A DNA stretch of 64,000 nt from Eledone cirrhosa (lineage: Eukaryota): the NCBI GenBank assembly GCA_964016885.1, contig OZ024741.1, positions 243,722,001-243,786,000 of the forward strand. The letters run 5' to 3'. The position numbers and the translations under genes are program-made. The notes below the pieces were generated by a model, which worked only from the letters and a program-made list of their open reading frames with translations, searched no databases and was not told where the DNA came from. The first letter of the stretch is position 1; every line of letters starts with the position of its first letter. This document shows, piece after piece, positions 11,801-25,246 of the stretch.

Positions 11801-14800
11801 ACCACGGGCGGCAGGCCCACATTCGAAAAGGTTACTCCGCCTGCAAATCGTCATTTTCGGATTCGTTTTCTTCGAAGCACACCATTCGCCGGCGGACTTC
11901 AGCTGCCTCATTTAGCATGGGCAGCTTTTCTTGAAAATCACACCTCACACAGCAAATGTGTCTCTGCACATGTACTAGTAATTACAGATCGATCCGACCA
12001 CGGGCAACCGGCCCACGATCGAAAAGGTAACTCCGGCGGCAAATTCGCATTTTTGTGATTCGTTTCTTCGAAGCACACCATTCGCCGCCGGACTTCAGCT
12101 TCCTCATTTAGCATGGGCAGCTTTTCTTGAAAATCACACCACACTCAGCAAATCTGTGTCTGCACATGTACCAGTAATTACAGATCGATCCGACCACGGG
12201 CGGCCTGCCCACGATCGAAAAGGTAACCCCGCCGGCAAATTCGCATTTTTGCGATTCGTTTCTTCGAAGCACACCATTCGCTGGTGGACTTCAGCTTCCT
12301 CATTTAACATGGGCAGCTTTTCTTGAAAATCACACCACACTCAGCAAATGTGTGTCTGCACATGTACCAGTAATTACAGATCGATCCGCCCATGGGCGGC
12401 CGGCCCACGATCGAAAATGTAACTCCGCCGGCAAATTCGCATTTTTGTGATTCGTTTCTTCGAAGCACACCATTTGCTGGTGGACTTCAGCTTCCTCATT
12501 TAGCGTGGGCAGCTTTTCTTGAAAATCACACCACTCACAGACAATGAGTCTCTGCACATGTACCACTAATTACAGATCGATACGACCACGGGCGGCCTGC
12601 CCACGATCGAAAAGGTAACTCCGCCGGCAAATCCGCATTTTTGTGATTCGTTTCTTCGAAGCACACCATTCGCCGCCGGACTTCAGCTTCCTCATTTAGC
12701 ATGGGCAGCTTTTCTTAAAAATCACACCACACTCAGCAAATGTGTGTCTGCACATGTAGCAGTAATTACAGATCGATCCGCCCACGGGCGGCCGGCCCAC
12801 GATCGAAAAAGGTAACTCCGCCGGCAAATTCGCATTTTTGTGATTCGTTTCTTCGAAGCACACCATTCGCTGGTGGACTTCAGCTTCCTCATTTAGCATG
12901 GGCAGCTTTTCTTGAAAATCACACCACTCACAGACTATGAGTCTCTGCACATGTACCACTAATTACAGATCGATACGACCACGGGCGGCCTGCCCACGAT
13001 CGAAAAGGTAACTCCGCCGGCAAATCCGCATTTTTGTGATTCGTTTCTTCGAAGCACACCATTCGCCGCCGGACTTCAGCTTCCTCATTTAGCATGGGCA
13101 GCTTTTCTTAAAAATCACACCACACTCAGCAAATGTGTGTCTGCACATGTACCAGTAATTACAGATCGATCCGACCACGGGCGGCCTGCCCACGATCGAA
13201 AAGGTAACTCCGCCGGCAAATTCGCATTTTTGCGATTCGTTTCTTCGAAGCACACCATTCGCTGGTGGACTTCAGCTTCCTCATTTAACATGGGCAGCTT
13301 TTCTTGAAAATCACACCACACTCAGCAAATGTGTGTCTGCACAGGTACCAGTAATTACAGATCGATCCGACCACGAACGGCTGGCCCACGATCGAAAAGG
13401 TAACTCCGCCGGCAAATCCTAATTTTTGTGATTCGTTTCTTCGAAGCACACCATTCGCCGCCGGACTTCAGCTGCCTCATTTAGCATGGGCAGCTTTTCT
13501 TGAAAATCACACCACTCACAGCCAATGAGTCTCTGCACAAGTACCACTAATTACAGATCGATACGACCAGGGGCGGCCTGCCCACGATCGAAAAGGTAAC
13601 TCCGCCGGCAAATCCGCATTTTTGTGATTCGTTTCTTCGAAGCACACCATTCGCCGCCGGACTTCAGCTTCCTCATTTAGCAGGGGCAGCTTTTCTTAAA
13701 AATCACACCACACTCAGCAAATGTGTGTCTGCACATGTACCAGTAATTACAGATCGATCCGACCACGGGCGGCCTGCCCACGATCGAAAAGGTAACTCCG
13801 CCGGCAAATTCGCATTTTTGTGATTCGTTTCTTCGAAGCACACCATTCGCTGGTGGACTTCAGCTTCCTCATTTAGCATGGGCAGCTTTTCTTGAAAATC
13901 ACACCACTCACAGACTATGAGTGTCTGCACATGTACCACTAATTACAGATCGATACGACCACGGGCGGCCTGCCCACGATCGAAAAGGTAACTCCGCCGG
14001 CAAATCCGCATTTTTGTGATTCGTTTCTTCGAAGCACACCATTCGCCGCCGGACTTCAGCTTCCTCATTTAGCATGGGCAGCTTTTCTTAAAAATCACAC
14101 CACACTCAGCAAATGTGTGTCTGCACATGTGCCAGTAATTACAGATCGATCCAACCACGGGCGGCCTGCCCACGATCGAAAAGGTAACTCCGCCGGCAAA
14201 TTCGCATTTTTGTGATTCGTTTCTTCGAAGCACACCATTCGCTGGTGGACTTCAGCTTCCTCATTTAACATGGGCAGCTTTTCTTGAAAATCACACCACA
14301 CTTAGCAAATGTGTGTCTGCACATGTACCAGTAATTACAGATCGATCCGCCCACGGGCGGCCGGCCCACGATCGAAAATGTAACTCCGCCGGCAAATTCG
14401 CATTTTTGTGATTCATTTCTTCGAAGCACACCATTCGCTGGTGGACTTCAGCTTCCTCATTTAGCATGGGCAGCTTTTCTTGAAAATCACACCACACACA
14501 GCAAATGTGTGTCTACACAGGTACCAGTAATTACAGATCGATCAGACCACGGACGGCTGGCCCAGGATCGAAAAGGTAACTCCGGCGGCAAATTCGCATT
14601 TTTGTGATTCGTTTCTTCGAAGCACACCATTCGCTGGTGGACTTCAGCTTCCTCATTTAGCATGGTCAGCTTTTCTTGAAAATCACACCACACACAGCCA
14701 ATGAGTGTCTGCACATGTACCAGTAATTACAGATCGATCCGACCACGGGCGGCCGGCCCACGATCGAAAAGGTAACTCCGCCGGCAAATTCGCATTTTTG

Positions 14801-17800
14801 TGATTCGTTTCTTCGAAGCACACCATTAGCCGCCGGACTTCAGCTTCCTCATTTAGCATGGGCAGCTTTTCTTGAAAATCACACCACACACAGCAAATGT
14901 GTGTCTGCACATGTACCAGTACGTACAGATCGATCCGACCACGGGCGGCAGGCCCACATTCGAAAAGGTTACTCCGCCTGCAAATCGTCATTTTCGGATT
15001 CGTTTTCTTCGAAGCACACCATTCGCCGGCGGACTTCAGCTGCCTCATTTAGCATGGGCAGCTTTTCTTGAAAATCACACCTCACACAGCAAATGTGTCT
15101 CTGCACATGTACTAGTAATTACAGATCGATCCGACCACGGGCAACCGGCCCACGATCGAAAAGGTAACTCCGGCGGCAAATTCGCATTTTTGTGATTCGT
15201 TTCTTCGAAGCACACCATTCGCCGCCGGACTTCAGCTTCCTCATTTAGCATGGGCAGCTTTTCTTGAAAATCACACCACACTCAGCAAATGTGTGTCTGC
15301 ACATGTACCAGTAATTACAGATCGATCCGACCACGGGCGGCCTGCCCACGATCGAAAAGGTAACTCCGCCGGCAAATTCGCATTTTTGTGATTCGTTTCT
15401 TCGAAGCACACCATTCGCTGGTGGACTTCAGCTTCCTCATTTAGCATGGGCAGCTTTTCTTGAAAATCACACCACTCACAGACTATGAGTGTCTGCACAT
15501 GTACCACTAATTACAGATCGATACGACCACGGGCGGCCTGCCCACGATCGAAAAGGTAACTCCGCCGGCAAATTCGCATTTTTGTGATTCGTTTCTTCGA
15601 AGCACACCATTCGCCGCCGGACTTCAGCTTCCTCATTTAGCATGGGCAGCTTTTCTTAAAAATCACACCACACTCAGCAAATGTGTGTCTGCACATGTAC
15701 CAGTAATTACAGATCGATCCGACCACGGGCGGCCTGCCCACGATCGAAAAGGTAACTCCGCCGGCAAATTCGCATTTTTGTGATTCGTTTCTTCGAAGCA
15801 CACCATTCGCTGGTGGACTTCAGCTTCCTCATTTAACATGGGCAGCTTTTCTTGAAAATCACACCACACTTAGCAAATGTGTGTCTGCACATGTACCAGT
15901 AATTACAGATCGATCAGCCCACGGGCGGCCGGCCCACGATCGAAAATGTAACTCCGCCGGCAAATTCGCATTTTTGTGATTCATTTCTTCGAAGCACACC
16001 ATTCGCTGGTGGACTTCAGCTTCCTCATTTAGCATGGGCAGCTTTTCTTGAAAATCACACCACACACAGCAAATGTGTGTCTACACAGGTACCAGTAATT
16101 ACAGATCGATCCGACCACGGACGGCTGGCCCAGGATCGAAAAGGTAACTCCGGCGGCAAATTCGCATTTTTGTGATTCGTTTCTTCGAAGCACACCATTA
16201 GCCGCCGGACTTCAGCTTCCTCATTTAGCATGGGCAGCTTTTCTTGAAAATCACACCACACACAGCAAATGTGTGTCTGCACATGTACCAGTACGTACAG
16301 ATCGATCCGACCACGGGCGGCAGGCCCACATTCGAAAAGGTTACTCCGCCTGCAAATCGTCATTTTCGGATTCGTTTTCTTCGAAGCACACCATTCGCCG
16401 GCGGACTTCAGCTGCCTCATTTAGCATGGGCAGCTTTTCTTGAAAATCACACCTCACACAGCAAATGTGTCTCTGCACATGTACTAGTAATTACAGATCG
16501 ATCCGACCACGGGCAACCGGCCCACGATCGAAAAGGTAACTCCGGCGGCAAATTCGCATTTTTGTGATTCGTTTCTTCGAAGCACACCATTCGCCGCCGG
16601 ACTTCAGCTTCCTCATTTAGCATGGGCAGCTTTTCTTGAAAATCACACCACACTCAGCAAATCTGTGTCTGCACATGTACCAGTAATTACAGATCGATCC
16701 GACCACGGGCGGCCTGCCCACGATCGAAAAGGTAACCCCGCCGGCAAATTCGCATTTTTGCGATTCGTTTCTTCGAAGCACACCATTCGCTGGTGGACTT
16801 CAGCTTCCTCATTTAACATGGGCAGCTTTTCTTGAAAATCACACCACACTCAGCAAATGTGTGTCTGCACATGTACCAGTAATTACAGATCGATCCGCCC
16901 ATGGGCGGCCGGCCCACGATCGAAAATGTAACTCCGCCGGCAAATTCGCATTTTTGTGATTCGTTTCTTCGAAGCACACCATTTGCTGGTGGACTTCAGC
17001 TTCCTCATTTAGCGTGGGCAGCTTTTCTTGAAAATCACACCACTCACAGACAATGAGTCTCTGCACATGTACCACTAATTACAGATCGATACGACCACGG
17101 GCGGCCTGCCCACGATCGAAAAGGTAACTCCGCCGGCAAATCCGCATTTTTGTGATTCGTTTCTTCGAAGCACACCATTCGCCGCCGGACTTCAGCTTCC
17201 TCATTTAGCATGGGCAGCTTTTCTTAAAAATCACACCACACTCAGCAAATGTGTGTCTGCACATGTAGCAGTAATTACAGATCGATCCGCCCACGGGCGG
17301 CCGGCCCACGATCGAAAAAGGTAACTCCGCCGGCAAATTCGCATTTTTGTGATTCGTTTCTTCGAAGCACACCATTCGCTGGTGGACTTCAGCTTCCTCA
17401 TTTAGCATGGGCAGCTTTTCTTGAAAATCACACCACTCACAGACTATGAGTCTCTGCACATGTACCACTAATTACAGATCGATACGACCACGGGCGGCCT
17501 GCCCACGATCGAAAAGGTAACTCCGCCGGCAAATCCGCATTTTTGTGATTCGTTTCTTCGAAGCACACCATTCGCCGCCGGACTTCAGCTTCCTCATTTA
17601 GCATGGGCAGCTTTTCTTAAAAATCACACCACACTCAGCAAATGTGTGTCTGCACATGTACCAGTAATTACAGATCGATCCGACCACGGGCGGCCTGCCC
17701 ACGATCGAAAAGGTAACTCCGCCGGCAAATTCGCATTTTTGCGATTCGTTTCTTCGAAGCACACCATTCGCTGGTGGACTTCAGCTTCCTCATTTAACAT

Positions 17801-17852
17801 GGGCAGCTTTTCTTGAAAATCACACCACACTCAGCAAATGTGTGTCTGCACA
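8835..17852 (+). repeat. Tandem duplication of a 23-monomer (4509 bp) block
   Basis: Matching ORFs are offset by exactly 4509 (9194/13703, 10363/14872, 13115/17624). The private variant GATCAGACC occurs at 10035 and 14544. A chimeric junction monomer lies at about 13311-13506. Confidence 0.9.
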
Positions 17853-20800
17853 TGTACCAGTAATTACAGATCGATCCGCCCACGGGCGGCCGGCCCACGA
17901 TCGAAAATGTAACTCCGCCGGCAAATTCGCATTTTTGTGATTCATTTCTTCGAAGCACACCATTCGCTGGTGGACTTCAGCTTCCTCATTTAGCATGGGC
18001 AGCTTTTCTTGAAAATCACACCACACACAGCAAATGTGTGTCTACACAGGTACCAGTAATTACAGATCGATCCGACCACGGACGGCTGGCCCAGGATCGA
18101 AAAGGTAACTCCGCCGGCAAATTCGCATTTTTGTGATTCGTTTCTTCGAAGCACACCATTCGCCGCCGGACTTCAGCTTCCTCATTTAGCATGGGCAGCT
18201 TTTCTTGAAAATCACACCACTCACAGCAAATGTGTGTCTGCACATGTACCCGTAATTACAGATCGATCCGACAACGGGCGGCCGGCCCACGATCGAAAAG
18301 GTAACTCCGCCGCCAAAGTCGCATTTTTGTGATTCGTTTCTTCGAAGCACACTATTCGCTGGTGGACTTCAGCTTCCTCATTTAGCATGGGCAGCTTTTC
18401 TTGAAAATCACACCACACACAGCAAATGTGTGTCTGCACATTTACCAGTAATTACAGATCGATCCGACCACGGGCGGCCGGCCCACGATCGAAAAGGTAA
18501 CTCCGCCGGCAAATTCGCATTTTTGTGATTCGTTTCTTCGAAGCACACCATTCGCCGCCGGACTTCAGCTTCCTCATTTAGCATGGGCAGCTTTTCTTGA
18601 AAATCACACCACACACAGCAAATGTGTGTCTGCACAGGTACCAGTAATTACAGATCGATCCGACCACGAACGGCTGGCCCACGATCGAAAAGGTAACTCC
18701 GCCGGCAAATCCTAATTTTTGTGATTCGTTTCTTCGAAGCACACCATTCGCCGCCGGACTTCAGCTGCCTCATTTAGCATGGGCAGCTTTTCTTGAAAAT
18801 CACACCACTCACAGCCAATGAGTCTCTGCACAAGTACCACTAATTACAGATCGATACGCCCAGGGGCGGCCTGCCCACGATCGAAAAGGTAACTCCGCCG
18901 GCAAATCCGCATTTTTGTGATTCGTTTCTTCGAAGCACACCATTCGCCGCCGGACTTCAGCTTCCTCATTTAGCAGGGGCAGCTTTTCTTAAAAATCACA
19001 CCACACTCAGCAAATGTGTGTCTGCACATGTACCAGTAATTACAGATCGATCCGACCACGGGCGGCCTGCCCACGATCGAAAAGGTAACTCCGCCGGCAA
19101 ATTCGCATTTTTGTGATTCGTTTCTTCGAAGCACACCATTCGCTGGTGGACTTCAGCTTCCTCATTTAGCATGGGCAGCTTTTCTTGAAAATCACACCAC
19201 TCACAGACTATGAGTGTCTGCACATGTACCACTAATTACAGATCGATACGACCACGGGCGGCCTGCCCACGATCGAAAAGGTAACTCCGCCGGCAAATCC
19301 GCATTTTTGTGATTCGTTTCTTCGAAGCACACCATTCGCCGCCGGACTTCAGCTTCCTCATTTAGCATGGGCAGCTTTTCTTAAAAATCACACCACACTC
19401 AGCAAATGTGTGTCTGCACATGTGCCAGTAATTACAGATCGATCCAACCACGGGCGGCCTGCCCACGATCGAAAAGGTAACTCCGCCGGCAAATTCGCAT
19501 TTTTGTGATTCGTTTCTTCGAAGCACACCATTCGCTGGTGGACTTCAGCTTCCTCATTTAACATGGGCAGCTTTTCCTGAAAATCACACCACACTTAGCA
19601 AATGTGTGTCTGCACATGTACCAGTAATTACAGATCGATCCGCCCACGGGCGGCCGGCACACGATCGAAAATGTAACTCCGCCGGCAAATTCGCATTTTT
19701 GTGATTCATTTCTTCGAAGCACACCATTCGCTGGTGGACTTCAGCTTCCTCATTTAGCATGGGCAGCTTTTCTTGAAAATCACACCACACACAGCAAATG
19801 TGTGTCTACACAGGTACCAGTAATTACAGATCGATCCGACCACGGACGGCTGGCCCAGGATCGAAAAGGTAACTCCGGCGGCAAATTCGCATTTTTGTGA
19901 TTCGTTTCTTCGAAGCACACCATTCGCTGGTGGACTTCAGCTTCCTCATTTAGCATGGTCAGCTTTTCTTAAAAATCACACCACACTCAGCAAATGTGTG
20001 TCTGCACATGTACCAGTAATTACAGATCGATCCGACCACGGGCGGCCTGCCCACGATCGAAAAGGTAACTCCGCCGGCAAATTCGCATTTTTGTGATTCG
20101 TTTCTTCGAAGCACACCATTCGCTGGTGGACTTCAGCTTCCTCATTTAACATGGGCAGCTTTTCTTGAAAATCACACCACACTTAGCAAATGTGTGTCTG
20201 CACATGTACCAGTAATTACAGATCGATCAGCCCACGGGCGGCCGGCCCACGATCGAAAATGTAACTCCGCCGGCAAATTCGCATTTTTGTGATTCATTTC
20301 TTCGAAGCACACCATTCGCTGGTGGACTTCAGCTTCCTCATTTAGCATGGGCAGCTTTTCTTGAAAATCACACCACACACAGCAAATGTGTGTCTACACA
20401 GGTACCAGTAATTACAGATCGATCCGACCACGGACGGCTGGCCCAGGATCGAAAAGGTAACTCCGGCGGCAAATTCGCATTTTTGTGATTCGTTTCTTCG
20501 AAGCACACCATTAGCCGCCGGACTTCAGCTTCCTCATTTAGCATGGGCAGCTTTTCTTGAAAATCACACCACACACAGCAAATGTGTGTCTGCACATGTA
20601 CCAGTACGTACAGATCGATCCGACCACGGGCGGCAGGCCCACATTCGAAAAGGTTACTCCGCCTGCAAATCGTCATTTTCGGATTCGTTTTCTTCGAAGC
20701 ACACCATTCGCCGGCGGACTTCAGCTGCCTCATTTAGCATGGGCAGCTTTTCTTGAAAATCACACCTCACACAGCAAATGTGTCTCTGCACATGTACTAG

Positions 20801-21936
20801 TAATTACAGATCGATCCGACCACGGGCAACCGGCCCACGATCGAAAAGGTAACTCCGGCGGCAAATTCGCATTTTTGTGATTCGTTTCTTCGAAGCACAC
20901 CATTCGCCGCCGGACTTCAGCTTCCTCATTTAGCATGGGCAGCTTTTCTTGAAAATCACACCACACTCAGCAAATCTGTGTCTGCACATGTACCAGTAAT
21001 TACAGATCGATCCGACCACGGGCGGCCTGCCCACGATCGAAAAGGTAACCCCGCCGGCAAATTCGCATTTTTGCGATTCGTTTCTTCGAAGCACACCATT
21101 CGCTGGTGGACTTCAGCTTCCTCATTTAACATGGGCAGCTTTTCTTGAAAATCACACCACACTCAGCAAATGTGTGTCTGCACATGTACCAGTAATTACA
21201 GATCGATCCGCCCATGGGCGGCCGGCCCACGATCGAAAATGTAACTCCGCCGGCAAATTCGCATTTTTGTGATTCGTTTCTTCGAAGCACACCATTTGCT
21301 GGTGGACTTCAGCTTCCTCATTTAGCGTGGGCAGCTTTTCTTGAAAATCACACCACTCACAGACAATGAGTCTCTGCACATGTACCACTAATTACAGATC
21401 GATACGACCACGGGCGGCCTGCCCACGATCGAAAAGGTAACTCCGCCGGCAAATCCGCATTTTTGTGATTCGTTTCTTCGAAGCACACCATTCGCCGCCG
21501 GACTTCAGCTTCCTCATTTAGCATGGGCAGCTTTTCTTAAAAATCACACCACACTCAGCAAATGTGTGTCTGCACATGTAGCAGTAATTACAGATCGATC
21601 CGCCCACGGGCGGCCGGCCCACGATCGAAAAAGGTAACTCCGCCGGCAAATTCGCATTTTTGTGATTCGTTTCTTCGAAGCACACCATTCGCTGGTGGAC
21701 TTCAGCTTCCTCATTTAGCATGGGCAGCTTTTCTTGAAAATCACACCACTCACAGACTATGAGTCTCTGCACATGTACCACTAATTACAGATCGATACGA
21801 CCACGGGCGGCCTGCCCACGATCGAAAAGGTAACTCCGCCGGCAAATCCGCATTTTTGTGATTCGTTTCTTCGAAGCACACCATTCGCTGGTGGACTTCA
21901 GCTTCCTCATTTAGCATGGGCAGCTTTTCTTGAAAA

Positions 21937-24900
21937 TCACACCACTCACAGACTATGAGTGTCTGCACATGTACCACTAATTACAGATCGATACGACCAC
22001 GGGCGGCCTGCCCACGATCGAAAAGGTAACTCCGCCGGCAAATCCGCATTTTTGTGATTCGTTTCTTCGAAGCACACCATTCGCCGCCGGACTTCAGCTT
22101 CCTCATTTAGCATGGGCAGCTTTTCTTAAAAATCACACCACACTCAGCAAATGTGTGTCTGCACATGTGCCAGTAATTACAGATCGATCCAACCACGGGC
22201 GGCCTGCCCACGATCGAAAAGGTAACTCCGCCGGCAAATTCGCATTTTTGTGATTCGTTTCTTCGAAGCACACCATTCGCTGGTGGACTTCAGCTTCCTC
22301 ATTTAACATGGGCAGCTTTTCTTGAAAATCACACCACACTTAGCAAATCTGTGTCTGCACATGTACCAGTAATTACAGATCGATCCGCCCACGGGCGGCC
22401 GGCCCACGATCGAAAATGTAACTCCGCCGGCAAATTCGCATTTTTGTGATTCATTTCTTCGAAGCACACCATTCGCTGGTGGACTTCAGCTTCCTCATTT
22501 AGCATGGGCAGCTTTTCTTGAAAATCACACCACACACAGCAAATGTGTGTCTACACAGGTACCAGTAATTACAGATCGATCCGACCACGGACGGCTGGCC
22601 CAGGATCGAAAAGGTAACTCCGGCGGCAAATTCGCATTTTTGTGATTCGTTTCTTCGAAGCACACCATTCGCTGGTGGACTTCAGCTTCCTCATTTAGCA
22701 TGGTCAGCTTTTCTTGAAAATCACACCACACACAGCCAATGAGTGTCTGCACATGTACCAGTAATTACAGATCGATCCGACCACGGGCGGCCGGCCCACG
22801 ATCGAAAAGGTAACTCCGCCGGCAAATTCGCATTTTTGTGATTCGTTTCTTCGAAGCACACCATTAGCCGCCGGACTTCAGCTTCCTCATTTAGCATGGG
22901 CAGCTTTTCTTGAAAATCACACCACACACAGCAAATGTGTGTCTGCACATGTACCAGTACGTACAGATCGATCCGACCACGGGCGGCAGGCCCACATTCG
23001 AAAAGGTTACTCCGCCTGCAAATCGTCATTTTCGGATTCGTTTTCTTCGAAGCACACCATTCGCCGGCGGACTTCAGCTGCCTCATTTAGCATGGGCAGC
23101 TTTTCTTGAAAATCACACCTCACACAGCAAATGTGTCTCTGCACATGTACTAGTAATTACAGATCGATCCGACCACGGGCAACCGGCCCACGATCGAAAA
23201 GGTAACTCCGGCGGCAAATTCGCATTTTTGTGATTCGTTTCTTCGAAGCACACCATTCGCCGCCGGACTTCAGCTTCCTCATTTAACATGGGCAGCTTTT
23301 CTTGAAAATCACACCACACTCAGCAAATGTGTGTCTGCACATGTACCAGTAATTACAGATCGATCCGCCCATGGGCGGCCGGCCCACGATCGAAAATGTA
23401 ACTCCGCCGGCAAATTCGCATTTTTGTGATTCGTTTCTTCGAAGCACACCATTTGCTGGTGGACTTCAGCTTCCTCATTTAGCGTGGGCAGCTTTTCTTG
23501 AAAATCACACCACTCACAGACAATGAGTCTCTGCACATGTACCACTAATTACAGATCGATACGACCACGGGCGGCCTGCCCACGATCGAAAAGGTAACTC
23601 CGCCGGCAAATCCGCATTTTTGTGATTCGTTTCTTCGAAGCACACCATTCGCCGCCGGACTTCAGCTTCCTCATTTAGCATGGGCAGCTTTTCTTAAAAA
23701 TCACACCACACTCAGCAAATGTGTGTCTGCACATGTAGCAGTAATTACAGATCGATCCGCCCACGGGCGGCCGGCCCACGATCGAAAAAGGTAACTCCGC
23801 CGGCAAATTCGCATTTTTGTGATTCGTTTCTTCGAAGCACACCATTCGCTGGTGGACTTCAGCTTCCTCATTTAGCATGGGCAGCTTTTCTTGAAAATCA
23901 CACCACTCACAGACTATGAGTGTCTGCACATGTACCACTAATTACAGATCGATACGACCACGGGCGGCCTGCCCACGATCGAAAAGGTAACTCCGCCGGC
24001 AAATCCGCATTTTTGTGATTCGTTTCTTCGAAGCACACCATTCGCCGCCGGACTTCAGCTTCCTCATTTAGCATGGGCAGCTTTTCTTAAAAATCACACC
24101 ACACTCAGCAAATGTGTGTCTGCACATGTGCCAGTAATTACAGATCGATCCAACCACGGGCGGCCTGCCCACGATCGAAAAGGTAACTCCGCCGGCAAAT
24201 TCGCATTTTTGTGATTCGTTTCTTCGAAGCACACCATTCGCTGGTGGACTTCAGCTTCCTCATTTAACATGGGCAGCTTTTCTTGAAAATCACACCACAC
24301 TTAGCAAATCTGTGTCTGCACATGTACCAGTAATTACAGATCGATCCGCCCACGGGCGGCCGGCCCACGATCGAAAATGTAACTCCGCCGGCAAATTCGC
24401 ATTTTTGTGATTCATTTCTTCGAAGCACACCATTCGCTGGTGGACTTCAGCTTCCTCATTTAGCATGGGCAGCTTTTCTTGAAAATCACACCACACACAG
24501 CAAATGTGTGTCTACACAGGTACCAGTAATTACAGATCGATCCGACCACGGACGGCTGGCCCAGGATCGAAAAGGTAACTCCGGCGGCAAATTCGCATTT
24601 TTGTGATTCGTTTCTTCGAAGCACACCATTCGCTGGTGGACTTCAGCTTCCTCATTTAGCATGGTCAGCTTTTCTTGAAAATCACACCACACACAGCCAA
24701 TGAGTGTCTGCACATGTACCAGTAATTACAGATCGATCCGACCACGGGCGGCCGGCCCACGATCGAAAAGGTAACTCCGCCGGCAAATTCGCATTTTTGT
24801 GATTCGTTTCTTCGAAGCACACCATTAGCCGCCGGACTTCAGCTTCCTCATTTAGCATGGGCAGCTTTTCTTGAAAATCACACCACACACAGCAAATGTG

Positions 24901-25246
24901 TGTCTGCACATGTACCAGTACGTACAGATCGATCCGACCACGGGCGGCAGGCCCACATTCGAAAAGGTTACTCCGCCTGCAAATCGTCATTTTCGGATTC
25001 GTTTTCTTCGAAGCACACCATTCGCCGGCGGACTTCAGCTGCCTCATTTAGCATGGGCAGCTTTTCTTGAAAATCACACCTCACACAGCAAATGTGTCTC
25101 TGCACATGTACTAGTAATTACAGATCGATCCGACCACGGGCAACCGGCCCACGATCGAAAAGGTAACTCCGGCGGCAAATTCGCATTTTTGTGATTCGTT
25201 TCTTCGAAGCACACCATTCGCCGCCGGACTTCAGCTTCCTCATTTA
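21937..25246 (+). repeat. ~7-monomer block repeated at a 1961-bp (10-monomer) offset
   Basis: ORF offsets 22133/24094, 22910/24871 and 23113/25074. The variant TTAGCAAATCTGTG occurs near 22349 and 24310. Confidence 0.8.
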
